Position numbers and translations under genes: made by a program. From the human T2T-CHM13v2.0 reference genome, Homo sapiens, in the NCBI RefSeq assembly GCF_009914755.1, contig NC_060928.1: 64,000 nt of DNA; one strand, given 5' to 3'. The notes under the pieces were generated by a model that saw only the letters and a list, made by a program, of their open reading frames with translations, did not search any database and was not told the DNA's origin. This document shows positions 14,605 through 31,924 of the stretch, in pieces; the stretch's first letter is position 1, and each line of letters begins with the position of its first letter.

Positions 14605-15034
14605 TGTGTGATGGTGTTTCCAGATAAGATCAGCATTTGAATCAGTGGACTCAGTAAACTGTCCTCTCCAGTGTGGGTAGGTATCATGTAATCAACTGAG
14701 AGCCTGAACAAAACAAAGGTAGAGGAAGGAGGAATGTGCCTCTTCTTTTCTACCTCACTGCTTGAGCCGGAACATTTCATCTAATCTTCCCCTGCCTTTA
14801 GACTGGGATTTGTATCACCAGCTTCCTGGTTCTCAGACCTTTGGAATCAGAATTACAAACACCTCTAGACTCTCAATTATACCACTGGCTTTCCTGGGTA
14901 TCCAGCTTTCAAACAGCATATTGTGGGATATCTCAGCCTCCATAAATGTGTGAGCCAATTACTCATAATAAATCTCCTCTATCTATGTTTATATATCTCC
15001 TATTGGTTCTGTTTCTCTAGAGAACCCTAATACA
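14516..15034 (+). mobile_element. MLT2 (ERVL) solo LTR containing a (TG)n microsatellite
   Basis: Ends cctattggttctgtttctctagagaaccctaataca; aataaa poly-A signal. Confidence 0.8.
14564..14610. repeat. (TG)n microsatellite
   Basis: Direct reading. Confidence 0.95.
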
Positions 15035-16042
15035 GTCCTCATAAGTTTTGAGGTACTCTTAATTGTATTTTTAAGAATTAATTAGATACTTTTTAAATGT
15101 TCAAAATGTCTCAATAAAAGGTATTATGAAGCATGTGCTTTTTGTTACCACTTAATTAACAGGATGCTTCATAACAGACTAAAAGTAATAAGATCTAATA
15201 TTACCATTATTAATAATTTGACAAATTTATTCTCCTAAGTTTACTACCTAGAAATATATACATACACACATATATAGCTATATATATAGTATATATCGTT
15301 CTATATACACACATATAGACATATACATTTTCAAATTTTAGAAGGTTTTAGAAGTGACAAATCATCCTTAATTTATAAAAGTAGAGTAAAAATCTCCTTT
15401 GTCAATAGCAAGTATCAAAAATCAACAATAATTTACTGAAAAAGCACTAATTTTATTTCACTTTATGAGTTAATACAGGCTGCTATTAAAGACTTCTTTA
15501 CTACCTACAGGGTTAGTTTAAATAAATATTATTTCAGCACCTAGCAATTATGAATTTATGAGTAAAAGGTGCATATTGTCTTTGCATTTCACTCAATTGA
15601 GTATTTATACTATCAAGATGACAGTCAAGAACTTTATAAGTATATTAAAATCTAAGTACTACATGTGAAATAAAACCCACTCATCTCCACCATATCATCA
15701 TTTTTTATAGGCTGACATTTAGATACATTTTTCTAGGGACAATATAAATGGAAAAAGGAAAAAGTACAAAGGTATATGACTTCACTGTAATGAGTAAGGG
15801 TTGTAGAAAACAATAAAACATAAATTGTTCATTTAAATTTAAATTAAAAAATAAAGTCAGCAAAATTAGTTTCATTGCTATTATTCAACATCTCTTTTAA
15901 AGACACGACATCAATATTACCTTCTCCCTTTTTGATGAAAGCTAACTGTCATTAAGAATCTTCTTCAAATTATTTCAGCAACTAGCTAACAGTGCCTTTC
16001 TCCTATACTAGTCTTTGTAATTAGCTTCATCAAGATCTATGG

Positions 16043-16478
16043 AAGAATTCTGCTTCTGACCAAGGTGGCATAACAGGAACCAGATTTACCTCCTGAACTG
16101 AAACACCTAAAAATCAGACCAAATATATAAAACAACAATTTGTACATCTTAGAGAGTGGTACCTGAGAGAGGAGAAACAAATGAAATGAACCCTAAAATT
16201 GCCCAATTTACTGCATGCAAAGAAGTTCCAGGCCACTGACAGGGAGGAAGAACCCAGAAAGAGCTTGGTGGTTGTCCTAAGCTGAATATGCAGAGTAGGA
16301 AATCTGGGGAGATCAAGGTGGCTATACTCTTCAGGAGAGTGTCCTGGAAGATTCTGCCAGAGAGAGAGATGCATAGAGAAAGCTCCAGAAGTCTGCTGAA
16401 GATTCCCCTCAAATCTTTGCTAATTACTGAAGAGTGTGTGTGTGTGTGTGTGTGTGTGTACACAGAAAACATATCTGA

Positions 16479-16530
<52 letters not shown>

Positions 16531-16830
16531 CAAAGTAGGGCAGAAACCACTTCAAATGATCAGAGTGAAAAAATGCCAAGATCATAAAATGCCAAGAATA
16601 GTTCATTTTTTCACTAACCAGAATGAAAACAACAAAACAAAACAAAACAAAACAAAAAAACACCCACAACTGTTATAAACAAGGCATTAGGGAGAGTAGT
16701 CAGAAGAGCATTGCTTTAGTAATGGAGGAAAATTATGCTCCAAAACCAAGCTGCTCTGGCCCCATTAAATAAACCTTAAAAGCAAGCCTTGAAAGGATCA
16801 AATTGTTTCAGTGTAACTTAACTGCACCCA
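16043..16830 (+). mobile_element. Ancient L1M (L1MD/MC-type) 5' UTR fragment with embedded microsatellites
   Basis: ctgcttctgaccaaggtggcataacaggaaccagatttacc start; aaggatcaaattgtttcagtgtaacttaactgc end. Confidence 0.65.
16434..16527. repeat. Compound microsatellite (TG)n...(TG)n(TA)n
   Basis: Direct reading. Confidence 0.95.
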
Positions 16831-17199
16831 ATCACACTCATGGTCACCCCCAAACTGCCTCTTTTTTCTACCAACACCATTATTATAGTCACTTAGGTAG
16901 AAAAATCTTAGGTATAAAAGTAAGTCTGATAGATATTATTTTTACAAGGTCTCTTCAGTCTTCTGTTTCTATCCATTCATACTGAACTAATCTTGTTTTG
17001 GTTCTCATTCTTCTTTCATGGACTACTGCAAATGTTTCATAGTTGTTCAGGTTCTACCTGGTCCAATATTTCCTTTAGCCAAATTGATTTTTCTAAATAT
17101 GCAACTGTGATGACATCATTCCTCTGTTCCACCACATCAATATGTTCCCACTGCATACCAAATTAAGTACAATTTTGTACTCATGCATTTAAGGCCACT

Positions 17200-17450
17200 G
17201 TGAATTAGTGAAAAAGCCAAGGACTTGGAGTCAGAAAACATACAACTGAGTTTTGACTCTGATGATTACTGGATAGCGTGCCTTGGTCAAGTTAGTTAAC
17301 CTCTGTGAATCCCAGATCTTCGTTTTTGAAATAGGAAAACTAATGTCTGTCTTAACTATGTCATAGAGATGGTGTGATGTGGAAATAATATATGTGAAAA
17401 TGCTTTGTAAACAGTAACAACCTGCAAATTTAAAGTAGTATTATTATTAA
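17200..17450 (+). mobile_element. MIR SINE
   Basis: ggacttggagtcagaa...ccttggtcaagttagttaacctctgtgaat core. Confidence 0.7.
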
Positions 17451-18214
17451 TATCAGTATAAGAAACTCTAAATTTCTTTGCACCTTACCACTTCCCTACA
17501 CATGTTCTACTTCCTGAGAAGGCAGATTTACTATGATCTGAACACACTACTTTCCTAACGATGCACTTTGCATTTTCTTCTTTGAATGCTCCTTCCTGAT
17601 CATTTCCATCAATCCAAAGCTCTACAAGATTTTTCCAAGCCTGCCTCAAATGCCACTTGTCCTGTGAAAACTTTTTGTATATTTTTTATGATACCTATCC
17701 CACTATGCTTTGTATCATATATAATATAGTTGTATTATATATAATCATGGTAATCATTTTTATATTATAATTACCTATCACAACATACTTGTACTATACT
17801 TAATTCTGGGTATATTCATTCACTCTTTCATTCATTCATGCTTGCTTTTGTTCATTTATTCAATATGAAATGCTTTGTGCTAAATGCCACGTGTCCCACT
17901 CTAGCAGAAGAGTCAGACATACGAACAGATACCTAAAATGCTTTACTATTAAGTACGACAATACAAGTTCTGGTATAAGGTAATGGCAGCAAAGTTACAG
18001 GAGCTTATGGCCTTTCCTATCATATTCTCTGCAGGAGAATGATAGGATTCTTGTGAATAAATGTTATTTTACTCATTTATTCATTAATTCAATATTTACT
18101 AAGTGCCTAATACATGCCAGATCTGTGTTAGGTGATAGGCTATAGCAGTGAACAAAGCATAGTTCCAGGCTACAGGGAACTTACAATAAGAGCAGTAGAT
18201 ATTCATTAAATAGT

Positions 18215-19918
<1,704 letters not shown>

Positions 19919-20743
19919 AAACACAATGAAAATCAATGAAAGTGATAAATTAAAAGATCCAAATAGTCATGAGATTATATATTTTCTTAAGAAGTTTTCA
20001 ACAAATATGAAATAATGAGAAAATGAGTTAGTCCTTCCTTGCTTAATATTGGGGAAAAATCCTTCATATTAAATAATGGCATGTATTTAAAAAAATTAAA
20101 CTTGAGATTTTGTTATATACCTATACTTTGATAATAATTATAAAAAATTATTTAAAATAAGCAAAACAAAGCTTATTCTAATGATATTTGAAAAGTAATA
20201 ATTAGTTCAAGTTGAATAAATATCTTTAATATAACATATAACAGCTCCTAGGTGCTTACCAGAACCAGTTATCTCTTACCAATTAAGGATAATTAAGATT
20301 AATAAATAAGTAATGTACTCTGTGAGATAGTAATGTCTATTATTTTTTCTTTCTATATTTCTCCCGTTTAAAATATTGATATTTTCATCTTAAATAATTA
20401 CTCAGGATATTGGCACAGCTTCATAATATAGCCTGATATAAAAAAGACATCAAGATACAATAATTTTGAATACCAGGTGGGTTTTGATTAAAAAGAAAAG
20501 CAATTTAATATTAGAGATATTATTAGCTATTTCCTGATTTAATAGAAAATGAAATCCAATGAAAAGAAATCATACATACTCTAAGTATTTTCTCCAGATC
20601 ATGAAATTATGTACAATTGATTTGGTGTAGTGCTATTCTACACAGTCAGCTAAGTAAATACTGCCCCCTAGCAATATCAAGCAAGAGTAGTGATATTTAG
20701 CATTTCATGAGATCCTTCCATGTGGTCTGGTAATGTCAAATTT

Positions 20744-20805
20744 AGAACCATCAATAGGAAAAACAAAGGAAGGGAGAACCATCAATAGGAAAAACAAAGG
20801 AAGGG
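20744..20805. repeat. Perfect 31-bp tandem duplication
   Basis: agaaccatcaataggaaaaacaaaggaaggg twice. Confidence 0.95.
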
Positions 20806-23800
20806 GGATAATTTTCTTGATTTTGAAAAGCAGAAAATTATGTTTTACTACTACAAAGAGGAGTCCCTTTCTATTGATTTTCTTAATCCACATCCTTTAT
20901 AAGCATACTATATTGTCTATCTTAAGTCAGAAGTATTTTCATATTTAAATTATTATATGCCTTCTCTGTAATACATATTGACCATTAGTTTAATGCTTTT
21001 GCAATGATTCTTTATATGTACATTAGGAAACATATATACAGACATTCCAGAAAAGAATGTGTAAAAATCTGCACTTTGCGACCTGATAAAGTTATCTCCT
21101 TGAACCTTTAGGATTATTGTGAAGATTAGTTAATGGATCTAGAACATCTGGCATTTAGTAAACTTAAATATAGGAGTTACAATGATCACCCAGAATCTTC
21201 AGTAATGGAAAAGTATTTTAACAAGCCAAAGTTCTGAGGTAACCTCATTAAGTCATATAACAAAAGATACACACTTTTTTTTTTTAAATTAGGAGAGGCA
21301 TGAGCAGAAAATAAAAAGAATAGACTCCTAGGCACTGTATAAAATATTTTATTTATCAGTAACAATTATTTCATCAATACCAATTAATTATTCTCAACTA
21401 TGCTTAAAAATACTAATAAGAAAACAGAAGAATGATGGAATCATCTACAAGGATAGCACAGTACTAAAATAAATCATCACTATTATGCCATCCTTCATTT
21501 TTCTTTTTGTGCTAGCCATAGTATTGCACCATCTTTCAAGAAGATATGAAAGATGTACAGAGACACCATCATTATAGATTTTTTGTTGTTTTTTTACGTT
21601 TTCATTGAACACAGCTAAAGATTGAGAATTTTCCATTTTCCACCTTTATTATTAAAAAGAAAAGAGAAAACTGTTTCATAACAGGGGAAAATGTTTTACA
21701 ATTACTGGACTAATCAGAAGATGAATGCAAAAAGATAGCAACAGTTTAACTCAAGTCAAATGGTAAAATTAGTCACACAAGTGATATTGCAAATTGTGAG
21801 TGCTCAGATGACAGTCTCTTAGGTGAATTTCCTCAAACACAGCTATCAGAGTAAACAATAAATAAGTCTGGAATTCTCATTCAGTCAGTCATTCAATGTG
21901 AAGGGCCTCACCACACAATATTTTGCAATAAGAAACCTGGACCATTTTACTTTGCTAAAAGGATATATGAGAGTAATATTTGATTTTTTATGATATTTGT
22001 GCACCAAAATTTTTGATACAGTTTAAGCAAATAAATGCTATAAGTGTATGTGTTTGCAATGTAATTATAAATAGATGATATAGAAATAAAAATTAAATTT
22101 ATTCTAATTTGTGTTCATAAATCTAAAAATGAAAATGTTTTCAAATTATGGAATAAAAGACAGCTGTTCTTCAACCAAGTTATGAGCTCTGTCAGTGTTT
22201 CATTTTGATGACTGTGTTATAACCATGCAAGTGCAAGAAGAACCAGAAATCAGCTAGAACCTATGAGAGACATATTTGAAATACGGAATCAGTATTTATA
22301 TGATGGATATCCTTCAGGCTCATGTATGACAGCTGAGCAGTAAGTTCAAAGGACATATACACATATATATTTTCACATATATATATATATATATACTTTC
22401 AAAATAAGGAATATATGACATAAAATTTTGGGTTTGTTGTGTTTAAATTCTTAATATTTTAATACAGTTTTTTACTATGCTTTATTCTACTTCTGCAAAT
22501 TATTCACAAAATGACTTAAACATATAAAAATAATGTAAAAGATCCCTTGGACCCAAAAAGTAAATGGTTAATTTTTTTCCTCTATATACCAAAGATTATA
22601 TTAGTTATATCTTTTACAGGTCATGATTTCTCTAAATAAAAAAAGAAACAAATAAAAAATAACTAACTGTATAAACATACCTTTTATTATTTATTCTTAG
22701 TTGGCTTACAATATTGAACAAAAGAACTATACACTGAAAACTTACAAGAAAATCACTCAGATAATTTAATGGTTCTGAGATCTACATTATCATTTTTGGG
22801 AAAGATGAGCTATTATTCCAGAATATATTTCAATTATTTCATTGATTACTACAAAAAACTTTTCAAAATTTTCAAACATAATTCATTCTAATTTACTTTA
22901 AGTAAAAGAAAGACTATAAAACATGTTATGTAGCACTTTGTTGAGATAGAGAAGTACCTTAAAATCAAGCAATTAAAAAGATTAAAATTCAAAGTGGCAG
23001 AAAATCTCATCAATTCAGACAACCTTGAAAGTCTTTATTGTTATTAGTACCATACCTCCTCTGACAGAGTATTCATTAACTGATGTAGCAAAATAATATA
23101 TCCATTATAGCTTGTAATATAATGTTCTTCTAAATATGAATCATGCTAATAAAAGAAATAATGCAACATGATCAAACTCTAGTAATATTAAATAAAGAAC
23201 AATACCCCTTAACAATTATAGTGTGCCTGGAGCTGTGTTGAACAGTTTATATGCATTCTCTAAACTTCATTATGAGGTAGAATTTATTATAATCTACATC
23301 AATGGTAAGAGGGTTGCAGGGAAAAAACTAAAACTAAAGCTAAAAATAGATTATGTAATTAGTATATGGAATAGCCAGAATTTAGAACCCTGGACCATTT
23401 GGCACAAGTGTCTGAGTACTTAACCTCTACACCAGCTTTCTTAAATCTTGGTCACAGGCCCTGGCGGTCCTTAAGTCCCTTCGGGGTCCACCAATTCAAA
23501 GCTATTTTTGTAATAATACTAAGATGATTTGCTCTTTTTACTGGATTGATATTTATGCTAATGGTGCAAAGCCACTGGTGGATAAAACTGCTGGCATGTT
23601 AGCACAATTTAAGGCACAGGCACCGAAGTATAATAATGGTCATGTGAAGGAGTAAAAATTATTAAATTTATTAAATATCTCTTTTAAAATTTGTGAAATA
23701 AAATGGAAGTAAGTGTAAAGCACTTGTGCTATCTACTGAAGTACAAAGAGGTAAAGCACTTGGGTAATCATCTGTGAGCTAATATTGATGGTTTCTGCAA

Positions 23801-23842
23801 GAAATACTATGTTTATTTGAAAGAATGACAGACAAACAATGA

Positions 23843-24156
<314 letters not shown>

Positions 24157-24504
24157 CAAACAATGATTTTTTTAAATGTACAAAGTGAAACAGTTACTTT
24201 AAGAAAAAATGAGAGCTTTTAGGCGAAGATTAAAATTTTGGAAAGCTAATATCTGCCACTGTGAAATTGGTCGGTTCCCAATACTTAATCACTTTTTGGA
24301 GAAGACCTGTTGTGATATTAATAAATGTGATTTTAAAAATATTCTATAATGAAATGCTTCATAGTTGGAAGATCTGTGTAACTCAGCAACCAATATTTTT
24401 CAATGACAAATTCATGACACTACAAAATTATGTATGAGTAAAAGAGCCATCTAAATTGCAAGATAGAGTGATGGATTTTAGTATAACAGAGTATGAGAAG
24501 TTCA

Positions 24505-24898
<394 letters not shown>

Positions 24899-27245
24899 TT
24901 AAGAAACTACCGCTATCTGAGAAACTATTAACGTGTCTGTGTGAGGTCACATTTTCTTCATATAGTTAAACAAGTAAAAAGATTATAAAAATGTAAAAGA
25001 TTATAAAAAGGTAAAACAATACCACTATTGCATTTTTGGGGAAAAATGTAACTATTTCTCAGAAAAATATGTTACTTTGGTTAACATGCAATGGTTTTGT
25101 TATTGTTATTTTTAAATGAATTATAAATACATAAATATATTTTAAATCTCTATAAATATCGATAGCTATAACTCATGTAAACAAAAACTCTTTGAGGTCC
25201 TCAATAATTTTTCAGAATATAAAGGGGTTCTGAGAGCAAAATGTTTTAGAACTGCTCCATTATGCCATACTTCCTTTCACCTGTTTCTGGACAGCATAAG
25301 GAATCATTAGATTAGAAACAGATGTGGGGGTAATGCAAATGAGGATTTACTGAATTGGAAAACTTGCTAGATATTTAACTTGTGTGTATAGTTTTTTGGC
25401 TAGAAAGTACCAAAAATGTCATTTTATCATCCCTGATACTATTAATAGCCACTTTGATTTCTAAAATCTGGGCACTTTCTGAAAGGTAATCAAGCTTCAC
25501 TACGAGAGAGAGACTTTAATAAGCCATTTGTATTCAAAGGCCTTAATGGATCCAATGCCAGTAGAATGGGGTTTGTACTAATGTTGGGGACATAGCAGCT
25601 ACCAGACAAGAGGACACATCACAGGACTCTTCAGAGAGACTATAACAGGCTAGTAGGACTCTTATTATGAGATATTCTAAATAAGGTGGATATTCCTAGT
25701 TTTTCCTGTAATTACATCTTGATAAAATCTGAAAAGCTCATTGTCAGTATTCTCTTTAGACTAAAATCTAAAATTTATTTACGTAACAACATAATGAAGA
25801 TAAAGAACAAATGAAGGAACAAATACATAAATATTTCTGAGCAGTTTAAACTCGGCTGAATATAAATTTTGAAAATGATTGTGATAAGCTTTTAAGTAGT
25901 ATAAGCATCCTTTCAGATTGTAGTTAAATGTCAATGGCTTTACCAGCATATCATGGAATTTGTTAGCTTTATCTTTAGCTGTGACAGTAGGTTGAAAAGG
26001 CACATATAGTACTGATACACTCCTTATCATTTCTCTTAATGGTTACCTGACAACTCTTCATAATTTGCAAGCTGAATACTATTCACAGAATTTCAGGAAA
26101 ACAGTTCCCTTAAGAATGAATCATACTTTCCTGATCTCATTTTAAATGAGGCCTACTATATTTTTAAAAGCAGAAACACATATCAAGACAAAAATGATAA
26201 ATATCACCCTGTCTCCAATTTTATCAAATACACATTATTCACCCTATTTATATGTAAATCACATAACTACCATGAAATGTATAATCTAGGCGTCACATCA
26301 GTGTACAATATTTCTAACTATTCAAGCTTTAGCAGTGCTCAGTATTCAGAGTTCCGTGACCCAGAGCAAAAGGAAAAAAGCCAGAAATCACAATCTCTAC
26401 TGCAATGGAAGCCTGAATTTCAATGATGAAAGATTAATGAGGGCTTACTTTGATAGGTTTAGTTCTTGAGTAGGAAACTCGGTTTGGTAAATCATTATCA
26501 AAGTACCCACTCTTTTACTTGATGAATCTAGCTTGTATTGTTGTTAGAGGCATAGAAAGTTACCTCAATAATTAAAGGTAGAACATTAAAGACAACCATT
26601 CAGAATTTTTAAAAAATGCTATATACACAAACTAATAAAATACAACTAAAATATGTTATTAATAGAGTTAAAAAATGTTTTTAAAAGTCCTCCATTTCAT
26701 CATGCCCCTCCCATAAGTACTCACTGTCAATAATGTCTACATTGAAACATTAAATCTGTTCACAAAATTGAATTTAAAAAAGGCCTCATCATTTTTATAT
26801 TATCCACAGGCTTGAAAAACAGCTGAATTAAAAAACAAACACAAAGAAAAAGATTTCAAAAAACAGTCTTCCTATTAACATTTTAGCTTTCTTTGTTGAA
26901 TAACTTTGCCCACTCTCTGTGACAAGAAAACAGTTGTAGATGGGACTCTTCTTCAGGTTAAGATATATTATTTCCCCTCATTTCTTTCTGTTTACTCTAA
27001 AATTCTTAACAAGTGACAGAACCGTTTGCTAGAGGACATTCAGAAATACATGTGAATTAATTACTCAGAAATGAGTGTAGAGGCATTTTTTTGTAATGAT
27101 GATTAGAGGATTGCTAGTGGCAATGAGTGGTTGGGGGTCAGGGATGCTCAGCATTTGCCATGTGCTGGATATTCCTATCCCACAAAGAATTACTTCCCAT
27201 CCCATATGACTTAAAACTGTCTCTGAAGACTAATCACACTACCAT

Positions 27246-28209
27246 TGATAGCAGCAGGAGGCAGAAAAATCCCTAGGCAGATGGGGCAAGTCCCCAGTGT
27301 AATCCAATCTTAAACCAAAGACAGTTTAAGGTCTGAAAACCAAGATACAGGTCTCATACATATCTACAGAATGTATTGAGAACCTCTCCCGTATGGCACA
27401 CTTTCCTCTGATTGATCCCTACCATTCACCTATTTTACATATACCTACCCTTCCCTAATTAGTTTTTTACACTGTTGTGGCCATCTTTGAGTGGTGCCTT
27501 TTTTTTTTTTTTTTAGCTTTTTTTGCATACTCACAAACCAATTAGCACATACACTCCCATTCTGAGCATATAAAAGCCCCAGGCTCAGCCACACTTTGGG
27601 CTACCCACTTTTAGGTGGTGGGAAGACTACCCAACTTCAGGTAAGGGTGCTGTCCAACTCAGGCTTCCTTCTCTGCTGAGAGCTGTTTTGTTACTGAGTA
27701 AAACTCTTTGCCTCACTCAACCGCTAGCTGTCAGCACAACCTTATTCTTGGACATGGGAAAAGAACTCAGGACCCACCAAACGGCAAGTGCAAACAAAGC
27801 TGTAACCCTGTAGCACACCCCTCCTGCTTGCCAAACAATGGGAGAAGGGACCTCTGGGCACCACACACCTCCATTTGTTGGGCTGTGGATGTGAGACTGA
27901 AAGAACTGTTAGCATGCTGTAACACCCCCTTTGGGGCTTTGGGGTCACATGCCCACCTCTGTTCAAGTGTCACAGCATTCCCCTCATCCAGACGCCGGCT
28001 CCCAAGGTGGAAGTAGGTCATGGCATGCCTGGCTCAGCCGCAGAGCAAGTGCAGGATCTGGGCCAGAGCTCAAGCCAAGCACAGCCTGCCTGGCCAGGTG
28101 GGCAGGGTACCTAGTGGGGCAAGCCCAGGGCCAAGTGAGACATGGGCAGGGGCAATGCCCACCATGAAGATCTCTGCTGGCAAAGTGACACTGAAAAAAT
28201 CCTCTGTCA
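27246..28209 (+). mobile_element. ERV1 solo LTR (LTR27/LTR28-like, ~960 bp)
   Basis: TGA...TCA termini, 4-bp TSD ccat/ctat, CCAAT (27538), TATAAAA (27569), AGTAAA (27697). Confidence 0.78.
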
Positions 28210-29136
28210 CTATACAAATCAATATTACTTTCTTAATAACACTACAATTGCAGAACTTTTTTACAAGAAGTTAAGCAATAATGCTCCAGTAATTTTATGT
28301 GTAGATCATAACAGGGAAGCATAAATAAATATATTATGTCACAATTATTTAGTTATTGAGTAATTCACTCACCCTGCATAGCAGCACACTTAACACCAAT
28401 GTACTCTCCACTCAGATTTAACAAGCATTAACATTTTGCCACATTTACTCTAAAATTTTTTAAACCAAAATAAAATATGACCAATACAATAGAAGCCCCT
28501 TTTGTACTACTCCTGAATTTCAATCCTCTCTTTTTAAATTTATGTTTTATACTTTCTGTAACCTTAATAAGAATTATTTCTTAGATAAAAAAATACAAAT
28601 ATAATATTCCATATTTAAGTCTTCTAATGGATCTAGAATTTATTTTTATGTGTGGTATGAAGTTAGGCTTTCATTTACACTGCCCTCCACATCCACATAG
28701 TTACTCAATCAGGACCATCAACAATGCTTTCTTTTCTAATTGATTGTATGGTCATCTCTGTCATATATCACCAAATTCTATACAGGGATGGGTCTGTTTT
28801 GTGTTCTCTCTTGTATTTTACTAGCTTCTATTAATATCACTAATGTTGTTCTGGTTAATTGCCTGACTTTTTTTTAATCTCCTTTGGCCAATATCTTTAA
28901 GTTTTTATATTTATCTCTTATAAGTACTATCAAGATAGATTTTCAAAAATATCTGAAAATCTCCTTTAATAAGCCATTTAATTAGCTTACATTCTTTCTA
29001 TGTTCTTTCTGCTTTTATAAGATTAAATGTCTTTTCTTTGTTCTATCCTGCACCCCTCCATTGGTTTAGAAGTTACATATTCTCTCTTTATTCTTTTCAG
29101 GATTACCATTAAATTAAAATTTTAATGTGCATTATT

Positions 29137-29613
29137 GAACTTCTGAATTTCTTGTGAGGAGAGACATTTACTGTCCTTTGTTCTAGACTATCTTTTCAAA
29201 TATGTTTGTATAAAAAACAGCCTTGGAAAGCAGAAATGGAATCTCCTTCTAGACAAAAGACAGATTTACTAATAGCCTTAGAAGAAAAAGACAGGCTCTC
29301 TCTCTTGAACAAAGGGAAGGCAAAAAAAAAATCCAATTCCTTAAGCTCATGGTTTCTCTCTTGTAATGTAATCCACTACATATGCAGGTATCATCTGGGT
29401 CCTTGATGTTGTTTCCATAGGATTTGAGAGCAAGAGAAACCAACACAAATATGCTAATGTTCATGCTGCTTGCTGTACTGTTAGTGATAATGTCCTTGGT
29501 CTCTGGCCCAGGAATCTTGCATTTTCTGCCTGTATCCAGAAAACAGTAATAGGCTAACTTATAAGCTTTCAAGGAGGGTACAATCAAATCTCAGATCTGA
29601 AAGGTTCCCTGAC
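29137..29613 (+). mobile_element. Old ERVL-class solo LTR (MER73/76-like; subfamily uncertain)
   Basis: gtttgtataaaaaacagccttggaaag and aggctaacttataagc...aaatctcaga...tgac motifs. Confidence 0.55.
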
Positions 29614-30059
29614 TTAATGTCTAAATAAAATGAGCATTCCCTCTAAATAATGCTAAAACATTAGAACACATTTTAACTGATTCCCACCTACTTTTACCTT
29701 TCACGTTATTATTTAGAATTTTATTTTCACCTTATTATTAGCCCTTCCCAAAGTGGATTTATATATATTTAAGTAACTTTTTACACAGATTTATAAACTT
29801 GTAGTATTTGATGAGTGATAATATTTAAAGAGGGTGGAAAAGTGCTTGGTACACAGTAAACATTTAATATGTATTCACATTAATTATGTTTTAACAATAT
29901 TTTTAACTCAACATTGTTTCTTACATCATACTCATTCAGAATTCAATTTTCTGATTAACTAAAGTTATTTGTCCTTGTGTGTTTCCTTTCTTAATATTAT
30001 CTCTGTTCATGAATATGTCTAAGGATTTTTATTGGATTATCTTTATAATTCTACACATT

Positions 30060-30163
30060 ATTTTTTAAAGAGATGAAGTGTTGCTATGTTGTTTTGGTCT
30101 CAAACTCCTAGCCTCAAGTGATCCTCCTGCCTCAGCCTTTCAAGCATAAGCCACCGCACCTGG
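30060..30163 (-). mobile_element. Degraded Alu monomer (FLAM-like)
   Basis: ggtctcaaactcctagcctcaagtgatcctcctgcctcagcc. Confidence 0.7.
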
Positions 30164-30489
30164 TTTCCAAACATACTTGTCTACATAAATGTTTTCTGTT
30201 TCTGTTCAGTGCTGAGCACAATTTAATTAGGTGCCTTTACAAAAATTTTTTGAAAATAATTATCTTTTTTAGTCTAAATTTTAAATACTTAATATTCTTT
30301 TTTACTCAAAAATCTAACACCATTACCAACTTGGCAGTCAGCTCCTTGACAGCTTCTTCAACTCTAGCCATAAGATTGGATCTATATTGTATTATACCTC
30401 ACATTTATAATGATATTATACTCCAACAGCCTTTTATTTTTATTCTTTAATTTTAAAAATCAGTTTTTATTGATTTTTTAAATTCCTTA

Positions 30490-30720
30490 TATAAGTATTT
30501 TTCAAATTTAGGTTTATAAAATCATCTTATTAAATGTAGACTTTTCAAAAATAACACAATACATCACATGTAGGAGGCAGAAAACATTGTTTTGTAAAAC
30601 TTATTTTAGTTGTATACACACATACACAACACCACTCGAATTCTGTGTGCCCCAGGTCTCAATATAAAATGTATTTCTTCCCATGCATTGTGAGAATAAA
30701 CAGTTTTTAAGAAACTGCTT
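30490..30720 (+). mobile_element. hAT-Charlie MITE (MER103/112-like)
   Basis: aatataaaatgtatttcttc...agtttttaagaaactg end. Confidence 0.45.
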
Positions 30721-31838
30721 TATAGTATTCTATTAAACATGATCACATAATATAGTTTTAGGAAGTTTTTAACATTACAAAAAAAACACCTTAAATGAAA
30801 ACAATTAAAAATTGCACTTAAGCCCCCTCGGTACCCATAACTCCTGTAACCCTACATAATCATAATTAATATTCTAGAGTATAGCCTTTCAACTTTTCCT
30901 ATGTATATACACATATACACTAAATTCTATTTTATGAAAATGAGATAATACCATAATATTATTTTATAAATTACATTTCCTACTTTAATGATATGTAATG
31001 TGAACATTTTGGTTTTTTATCAATAATTTTTAATAAAGTATCTTCCTAAAAAATTATAATTGCTTGAGGTCAGGTGCCTTCAGCTTAACTTTTGAATGAA
31101 TAATACATTCACAGTGTTAAAAAAATTTTTTTAATGTCAAATGTAACAAGAAAACAATTTCCTTTGCACCCACGCTACCACTTGCATCCCCATCACCAAG
31201 CAGCTAACTTTTGTTATTAATTTATTTTCCTCTCCACTTTCATTTGTTATTTTTAATTGATAAGTAATAATTGTATACATTTATTGGATACAATGTGATG
31301 TTTTGATATATGTTTATTCAACAGCCTTTAAAAAGGGCTTGATTCTATGTGACAAACAACAAATAAAAAACAGGCTAAGTCACGCTACAGCTAACGTTTG
31401 ATTTTCAACTCTGACTTTTAGCTTGATGTGGACTACAGAGAAAAGAAAACCCAAAATCTATCTAAGCTCCCAAAGTAGTATCAAGTAAAACACAGAAGTT
31501 ACTTTCACTTAAGTATAGACTTCCTATATCTTCAAAATCAGGCCTGAATATCATAAAATCCAAGTGAAAAGCCTACACAGCACAGTTTAATACAACACTA
31601 TCACTAATGATTTTCTCAAAACTATCAACTATGCTAAGAAAAATGACTTATTTTCATTACTTAAGGTGGAAATATGGAAAGTAGCCACAAACTTACTAAT
31701 ACAAGGCTACAATTAGTAGCAGTAACTTGTTCAGATATGCACTATGACAACAAAAATTAAGAAAATACACTCTTCTGTGCTAATAATTTCTGCTTTTTTT
31801 TTTTAACCACATGTTCTATTAATGCACCAAGTACTTAC

Positions 31839-31924
31839 ATCTGGAATGAAACCAATCTCATTGAGATGATTACTCAGCTCTGGATCATGAAATGCAATCA
31901 TCTGAGAGAAGACAGTCAGATACT
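31839..31924 (-). CDS. TBCK: TBCK exon ~20 (86 nt): (E)[28 protein letters not shown]
   Basis: ttcag|AG acceptor, GAT|gtaagt donor; contained in ORF 31803..31988. Confidence 0.96.

Noticed and set aside
16114-16669. ORFs with THTHTH / VCVCVC / YIYIYI runs
   Set aside because: Microsatellite translation artefacts
27708-28324. Cluster of overlapping ORFs on both strands
   Set aside because: Explained by the GC-rich LTR; no recognisable protein
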